Assembly: GCA_033762115.1 (NCBI GenBank)
Contig: JANRLX010000107.1
Span: forward strand, 1-64,000
DNA from: Verrucomicrobiota bacterium
GTDB lineage: Bacteria > Verrucomicrobiota > Verrucomicrobiia > Limisphaerales > SXQI01
Direction of reading: 5' to 3'
DNA: 64,000 nt
Shown here piece after piece: positions 58,837-64,000 of the stretch (position 1 is the stretch's first letter; every line of letters begins with the position of its first letter). The position numbers and the translations under genes were made by a program. The notes below the pieces were generated by a model, which worked only from the letters and a program-made list of their open reading frames with translations, did no database searches and had not been told where the DNA came from.

Positions 58837-59660
58837 GATACGTCATCATACGCGACGACGACACAAACACCCTCACTCCGGTTGAATGCCTGGAAACCTT
58901 GTACCGGCCATTCCTGGACTCCGGTTTGCCCGTCTGCCTCGCGACCATTCCGCATGTTCGCAGCAACGTTTTTCTTCCCAATGGACAACCGGAAGGTTTC
59001 CTCGTCGCAAACAAAGGGGTTAAACCCGGCACTTACCCCATCGCGGATAATCAGAAGCTGACCGGTTATCTCCGCGCAAACCGCGGCTATGAAATCGTCC
59101 AGCACGGTTACCACCATGAGTTTGTCGGCACGCGCACAGAATTTGACCATGATAATCGCCGCGACATTCAGAGACGGCTGGACCATGGAACCCGATTGCT
59201 CCAGGAAGCTGGCTTTGAAAAACCAATCACCTTCGTGGCCCCTTATGATCGAATCACCCGCGTCGCCTATAAGGAACTGGCGACCCGCTTCGCGCTCATC
59301 TCAACCGGCTGGTTCGAGTTGGGACGGCTGCCATTGGAATGGTGGCCTGCCTGTGCCATCAGCAAAATTCGTAAAAAACCACACTGGCAGGCTGGCGGAG
59401 TCACATTCCTGAGCCACCCCGGATGCCACCTGAGTTATCATCGCCCCTGTGAAACCATGCTCGGGGAAATCCAGCGAAGTGTGAAAAGCCGTCGAGTGAC
59501 AGTGCTGGTCACTCACTGGTGGGAATTTTTTCGCGAAAACACACCCGACCTCAAATTCATCGAGGTCCTGCACGAAACCGCAAACTGGTTGCGAACAGAA
59601 AAGGAAATTAAGGTCGTGCGCTTCAGTGATGTCGCAAACGGCCGCGTTCCGCTCGATTAA
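58833..59660 (+). CDS. Polysaccharide deacetylase-like (DUF2334) protein
   Basis: IIRDDD, QHGYHH and FVAPYD motifs. Confidence 0.85.
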   Translation: MRYVIIRDDDTNTLTPVECLETLYRPFLDSGLPVCLATIPHVRSNVFLPNGQPEGFLVANKGVKPGTYPIADNQKLTGYLRANRGYEIVQHGYHHEFVGTRTEFDHDNRRDIQRRLDHGTRLLQEAGFEKPITFVAPYDRITRVAYKELATRFALISTGWFELGRLPLEWWPACAISKIRKKPHWQAGGVTFLSHPGCHLSYHRPCETMLGEIQRSVKSRRVTVLVTHWWEFFRENTPDLKFIEVLHETANWLRTEKEIKVVRFSDVANGRVPLD

Positions 59661-59694
59661 AACGGACGCCTCTGCACACACGTTCCCGCCTGGT

Positions 59695-61188
59695 TCAGTT
59701 CGAGATGAACGGCGCTGGCTCTTCCCCATCGCCCCCAAACAGAATTTCCTCGTCAATCCATTGACCTGGATTGCGACACGGATTGACTGGCGAAAGATAA
59801 TCGAGCATCTGCGACAATTCTGTGATGGTATAGCGCGAAATTTCCGAGACCGAGGGATGCTGCGGACGAAACGCAAATGACTGGCCGCACAACCGCAGGA
59901 AACAATTGTCGTTCTGCCCATGCCCGACTGCCACCACCTGTTCCATGTCGATTGCTAATTTTTCCTGCAAATGCTGGAGAACATTTGATTTGCAGTAGGA
60001 ATGCCCGTCACAACCCTCCGCATGCCGGAAGGTCGGGCCAATCGTCAGTTTGCCCGTGGCTTTATTACGACTGAATTTCATCAGGTGCGAAAAAATGAAA
60101 TCCGCAAAAACTCTCCGGCGGATGATTTCCGCCACCAGATGAAACGAATCGCTGACAATCCCGACTTTATATCCCATTTTCCGCAGGGTCACGATCACGT
60201 GCACCGCGTCCGGTCTCAAAGGAATGTTCCGGGCCACCTGGATAAACGTCTCCTTCGCAGTCCCGGAAAATAACTGGGCAATGTTTCGGGTGCGGGTTTC
60301 ATCGGAAAGTTGGTTGTTGTCCAGATACCTCCACAATCCTTCTTCACAACCAATGACTTTGGCCAGTTCCACCGTCAGGCGGCAGTTCAGCAGCACGCGC
60401 ATATCGAACAACGCGATCTTTTCCGCTGCGGGAACCCGGTGCATGGAACTTGTCGCACGAGCAAGCCGCTCATTTTCACGAACCTTCTGAACAAAACTTG
60501 TCCTGAATCGACCCGCGCGGCTGGCCCGGTCAAGCAACGCGCGCGCAACCTGCGTCGCCATTTCACCCAATGCTTCCAGCGACTGGCTCTGATGCTCGAT
60601 ATGGCCGATATTCACCTCTTTCACCCGCGCCCTCGCAATCACCGCATCGATCAAAAGCGCAATGTCCACTCCGTAATCGTTCTCAAAAAGGAACGTCTCA
60701 AGAAGTGATTTGCGTGCCGCGATGATCCCGCTCAGCGGTTGATCGAAATGGGCCAGTTCAGGAAAATAAGTCTTGATCAACGGCCTCGCTGTTAACACTG
60801 TCACACGCCCGGCTTCCCGGGTGAAGCTGGCTTTCACGAAGTCAGCTTCATCCGAGAGGAGTGGGGCGGCAAGGCGCTCGATACAATCCGGTGCCAAACC
60901 GCGAAGATCACCGTCGATATAGAGCAGCAGTTCAGTTTTTGCCGCTCGCATCCCATCTTCCATGCTGGCTCCCTTGCCCAGCATGGTGCTCGTGATGACC
61001 CGTGCTCCTGCCTCACTGGCAAGTTCCGGAGTCCCGTCGATTGAACCGTCATCCACCACCAGCACCTCGCTGACAAGTGGATTTTCCGCTGCAAAGCGCA
61101 CCACCGATTGAATGGTCGCTGATTCATTCAACACTGGAATAATCACCGTGAGCACGCCGCTGCCTTGTTTGTTCCTGTTTAATCGCAT
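59695..61188 (-). CDS. GpgS-like GT-A glycosyltransferase fused to a (degenerate) HAD phosphatase
   Basis: IIPVLNE, VDDGSID, GKG, DGD, GRVT, QPLSG and YGVD motifs, followed by a SerB-like HAD domain. Confidence 0.82.
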   Translation of the reverse strand: MRLNRNKQGSGVLTVIIPVLNESATIQSVVRFAAENPLVSEVLVVDDGSIDGTPELASEAGARVITSTMLGKGASMEDGMRAAKTELLLYIDGDLRGLAPDCIERLAAPLLSDEADFVKASFTREAGRVTVLTARPLIKTYFPELAHFDQPLSGIIAARKSLLETFLFENDYGVDIALLIDAVIARARVKEVNIGHIEHQSQSLEALGEMATQVARALLDRASRAGRFRTSFVQKVRENERLARATSSMHRVPAAEKIALFDMRVLLNCRLTVELAKVIGCEEGLWRYLDNNQLSDETRTRNIAQLFSGTAKETFIQVARNIPLRPDAVHVIVTLRKMGYKVGIVSDSFHLVAEIIRRRVFADFIFSHLMKFSRNKATGKLTIGPTFRHAEGCDGHSYCKSNVLQHLQEKLAIDMEQVVAVGHGQNDNCFLRLCGQSFAFRPQHPSVSEISRYTITELSQMLDYLSPVNPCRNPGQWIDEEILFGGDGEEPAPFISN

Positions 61189-61230
61189 GATTTCCTTTCG
61201 TTGTACCGACCCGGAAGCCGGAATGGTTTT

Positions 61231-61250
61231 TTCGTGACGAGAATCACGAA
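61231..61250. promoter_or_regulatory. Perfect 7-6-7 palindrome, CRP/FNR-like geometry
   Basis: TTCGTGA-CGAGAA-TCACGAA in the divergent intergenic region. Confidence 0.5.
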
Positions 61251-61376
61251 TGTAATGAGCTTACCTTTGACGCAAACAGGAGGCAACCTCTTCAAGGTAT
61301 TGTCACCATATCTTTTCAATTTTTTCCACCCTGTCCCTTCCTTGACTTGCCCTCACCGCTTTATTAGTTTGCGCGG

Positions 61377-62369
61377 ATGATTCGTTGGTCCTCTCGCCTC
61401 CTGTTTTTAGTCATTTGCCTGGCGTTTCTGCCCGTCCGCACACCCGCCCCGCTGGTGTATCGACCAGGCGAAGGCTTCACTTACGAGTCCGAAGGTGGCA
61501 GCAAATGGCATCGCAACCGCGCGAAGGAGCAGTTGGAAGTGGCCGAGGAGGCATTCAAGGCCAACGATTTTGAAATGGCCCGCAAGGCTGCGGCGCGCAC
61601 AGTCCGGGTATGGCCGCTTTCCGATTACGCCCCCCGTGCGCAATATCTGCTCGCTCGCGCCTATGAGGAGGAAGGCAAGGATGAGAAAGCCTTTCGCGAA
61701 TACCAGCGGGTCGTCGAAAAATATCCGAAAATCGAAAATTATAACGAAATCCTCGAACGACAGCATGCAATCGCCAACCGCTACCTTGCGGGCAAATGGT
61801 TCAAGCTCTGGGGAGTAATTCCATTTTTCCCTTCCATGGATCGCACCGCGGAAATGTACGAAAAAATCATCAGGAACGGCCCCTTCAGTCCCACAGCTCC
61901 GCAATCCCAGATGAACATCGGCGCGGCCAGGGAAAAACAATCTGATTATCCGGAAGCCGTGAAAGCCTACGAACGCGCCGCTGACAAATATCATGACCAG
62001 CCGCAAATCGCTGCCGATGCCCTTTACAAGGCGGGCATCGCCTACTTCAAGCAGGCCAAAACGGCTGAATATGACCAAAGCGTCGCCGGAAAGGCCATCG
62101 GCACATTCGGCGATTTCCTCACCCTCTACCCAAAGGACCCACGAGTGCCGGAAGTGGAAAAAATCATTGCCAGCTTAAGGGCCGAACAGGCCCGGGGCAG
62201 CTTTAAAATCGCTGAATTTTACGAAAAACGAAATCGCCTGGATGGAGCGCTCGTTTACTACAATGAAGCCCTGATCAAGGACCCTAACTCACCTTACGCA
62301 GACCAGGCCCGGCAACGAATTCAGGCCATTCAGGCGCGCAAGCAAAAAACAACCGCTGCCGCCAAGTGA
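61377..62369 (+). CDS. bamD: Outer membrane assembly TPR protein, BamD-like
   Basis: Signal-like N-terminus, TPR repeats, FLTLYP and IAEFYEKR...ALVYY; adjacent to lptE. Confidence 0.8.
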   Translation: MIRWSSRLLFLVICLAFLPVRTPAPLVYRPGEGFTYESEGGSKWHRNRAKEQLEVAEEAFKANDFEMARKAAARTVRVWPLSDYAPRAQYLLARAYEEEGKDEKAFREYQRVVEKYPKIENYNEILERQHAIANRYLAGKWFKLWGVIPFFPSMDRTAEMYEKIIRNGPFSPTAPQSQMNIGAAREKQSDYPEAVKAYERAADKYHDQPQIAADALYKAGIAYFKQAKTAEYDQSVAGKAIGTFGDFLTLYPKDPRVPEVEKIIASLRAEQARGSFKIAEFYEKRNRLDGALVYYNEALIKDPNSPYADQARQRIQAIQARKQKTTAAAK

Positions 62370-62878
62370 TGAACTCCCGTTCAATCCTCTCGCTTGCCAT
62401 TTTGCTCATGGCTGGAGGTTGCGCTGGCTATCGCGTCGGCCCCACCAATGGGCTGGAGGCGCGGAGCAAATCGGTCCAGGTAAATCTTTTTGTCAACGAA
62501 ACCCTCGAACCTCGTTTAACCGAAGCGGTTGCCTTCGCCCTGCGCCGCCGGGTCCAACAGGAAGGCACTTACGCATTGGCCACTCAGGATGACGGAGAAA
62601 TCATTCTCTCGGGAGCAATCACCCGCTTTGATCGCGATGGGGTTTCCTTTCAACCTTCTGATGTGCTGACCCCGCGCGATTATGCCTTGAGCATGATCGC
62701 CAGGGTCAAAGCGGTGGAACGTGCCAGTGGCAAAACTTTGCTGGATGCCGAAGTCTCAGGCCGTGCGTTGGTCCGGGCCGGCGCTAATCTTGACACTGCC
62801 GAACGGCAGGCCATTCCCATCATGGCGCAGGACCTCGCCTATAACCTGACTTCACTGCTAACGGACGGCACCTGGTAA
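62366..62878 (+). CDS. lptE: LptE-like lipoprotein
   Basis: Lipobox-like AGGC-AGY; FVNETLEP; ERQA...W C-terminus. Confidence 0.8.
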   Translation: MMNSRSILSLAILLMAGGCAGYRVGPTNGLEARSKSVQVNLFVNETLEPRLTEAVAFALRRRVQQEGTYALATQDDGEIILSGAITRFDRDGVSFQPSDVLTPRDYALSMIARVKAVERASGKTLLDAEVSGRALVRAGANLDTAERQAIPIMAQDLAYNLTSLLTDGTW

Positions 62879-64000
62879 ACTCCGGAGAAAATTCTCCCAC
62901 GTCTTCTCTTCCTCATTCCACTCGATTTTTTGCAGCTCACGATCTCGCGGGAATTCTTTCCGGATAATTTTCAGCAGTTCATTAAAGGCGAAATCAAAAT
63001 TTTCCTCTCTGGCTTCACCACCATGCTTCACTCTCAGGATGGCGCACTCGAAGCAAAACAAGACTTCAACCTTCTTTCCTCCCCGCAAAAACTCTGCTTT
63101 CACTCCATACACTGGCATACACGCTTTTTGGCTGCCCCAGGCATAACTTTTGAAATTCAACAGCTGGGCGGACATGGCCTTGCCTGCCTTGCGTGAAAGG
63201 GTGATGCTCCTGCTCCGCGGCGGGTGCCGATCCGCAACAATGGGATCATCAGCCCCCTGCAAATCTTCAATCAACGTGAGTTTGACCTTCTCTGGATCGT
63301 TCACGATTTGATACCCAGGCTCCGAAAACAGTCTTCTAACAATATCCAGTTCACTCGGGACCGGGCTCAGTAACTCGGAAGCATTGGTCAGTTGAACCGG
63401 GCTGTTGGTGAAGAACTTTCTGGTAGTAATCGAGAGCTTAACAATTTCCCTGGTCGTGCCCAGGATCGTGAGGTTCACCGGGTTGACCCTGCCGTATGAA
63501 GGCTGAAAACGACCCCAGCTGACCAGGAATAAAGGCACCTGCACTCGTTCTGGCGCAACCTCCGGATTTTCGTGGCTCCGCCGCAGCTCCACCATTTGAT
63601 GCACCCTGGGAGGCAATGCCTGTTCCATCGCGGCGACATCAATTTGCAACCTGGACAGGATCTGCGTTGCGAGTTGATACGCGCCATTCGTGTCGATCAG
63701 CGACTTCTCCCCGGCAAGCTTCCAGAGATTCGTTGAATCCTGGTCCTTGGGAAACGCATCATTCCTGGTGACGCTGTAAAGCTGGCCGAAGGAATAGTAA
63801 TAAGAAAAGTTGGTCGTGCTGATGGTTCCTGAAGGTCCGAAGCCGGGCGGTGCAATTTCAGCACTGATCACCACCAGGGGCCGGCTTTCCGCCAATGTAA
63901 GCTTTTCCGCCAGTTTTTCTGATTCAAACGTCAATAGTTGCACCACCGCCGTTTGATAGGCTGCCGTCGTATGCAGAAAATCAATAATGTTTGTCCCCAT
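62858..64000 (-). CDS. Hypothetical protein (probably 5'-truncated by the window edge)
   Basis: ORF open to the window edge; C-terminal KACMPVYG...FCFEC motif. Confidence 0.7.
   Translation of the reverse strand: MGTNIIDFLHTTAAYQTAVVQLLTFESEKLAEKLTLAESRPLVVISAEIAPPGFGPSGTISTTNFSYYYSFGQLYSVTRNDAFPKDQDSTNLWKLAGEKSLIDTNGAYQLATQILSRLQIDVAAMEQALPPRVHQMVELRRSHENPEVAPERVQVPLFLVSWGRFQPSYGRVNPVNLTILGTTREIVKLSITTRKFFTNSPVQLTNASELLSPVPSELDIVRRLFSEPGYQIVNDPEKVKLTLIEDLQGADDPIVADRHPPRSRSITLSRKAGKAMSAQLLNFKSYAWGSQKACMPVYGVKAEFLRGGKKVEVLFCFECAILRVKHGGEAREENFDFAFNELLKIIRKEFPRDRELQKIEWNEEEKTWENFLRSLPGAVR

Overview
This is a 64-kb chromosomal window from a bacterium whose gene content points to Verrucomicrobiota (inferred from a PVC-type CxxCH heme protein, a PEP-CTERM protein, a membrane-extended ECF sigma factor and a stand-alone nuoA). 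It opens with the right end of a CRISPR array: 13 identical 36-nt repeats (the first truncated), with no cas genes in the window. Next is a complete guanidine/urea carboxylase catabolic operon (cgdAB-like, uca, atzF, ABC transporter). It is headed not by a guanidine riboswitch but by a NikR paralog that lacks canonical Ni ligands and sits directly behind a NikR-geometry operator. An ECF sigma/double anti-sigma module follows; its TGTAAG-N15/16-GCGACT promoter motif recurs in front of a redoxin and a YHS-DoxX-DinB-DedA/ATP-grasp-NRDE operon of unknown function. The middle part holds signalling genes, a membrane-anchored ECF sigma next to a free paralog of its own extracytoplasmic domain, and four sigma54-type promoters. 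One of these fronts a candidate ~90-nt small RNA with its own terminator; another fronts a structured leader of a PEP-CTERM gene. The rest is mostly housekeeping (ppa, nuoA, PGM/PMM, mlaDEF, sugar ABC, ligD, lplA, aceE, osmC, glycosyltransferases, bamD, lptE). All calls come from motif reading by eye; no database searches were run.
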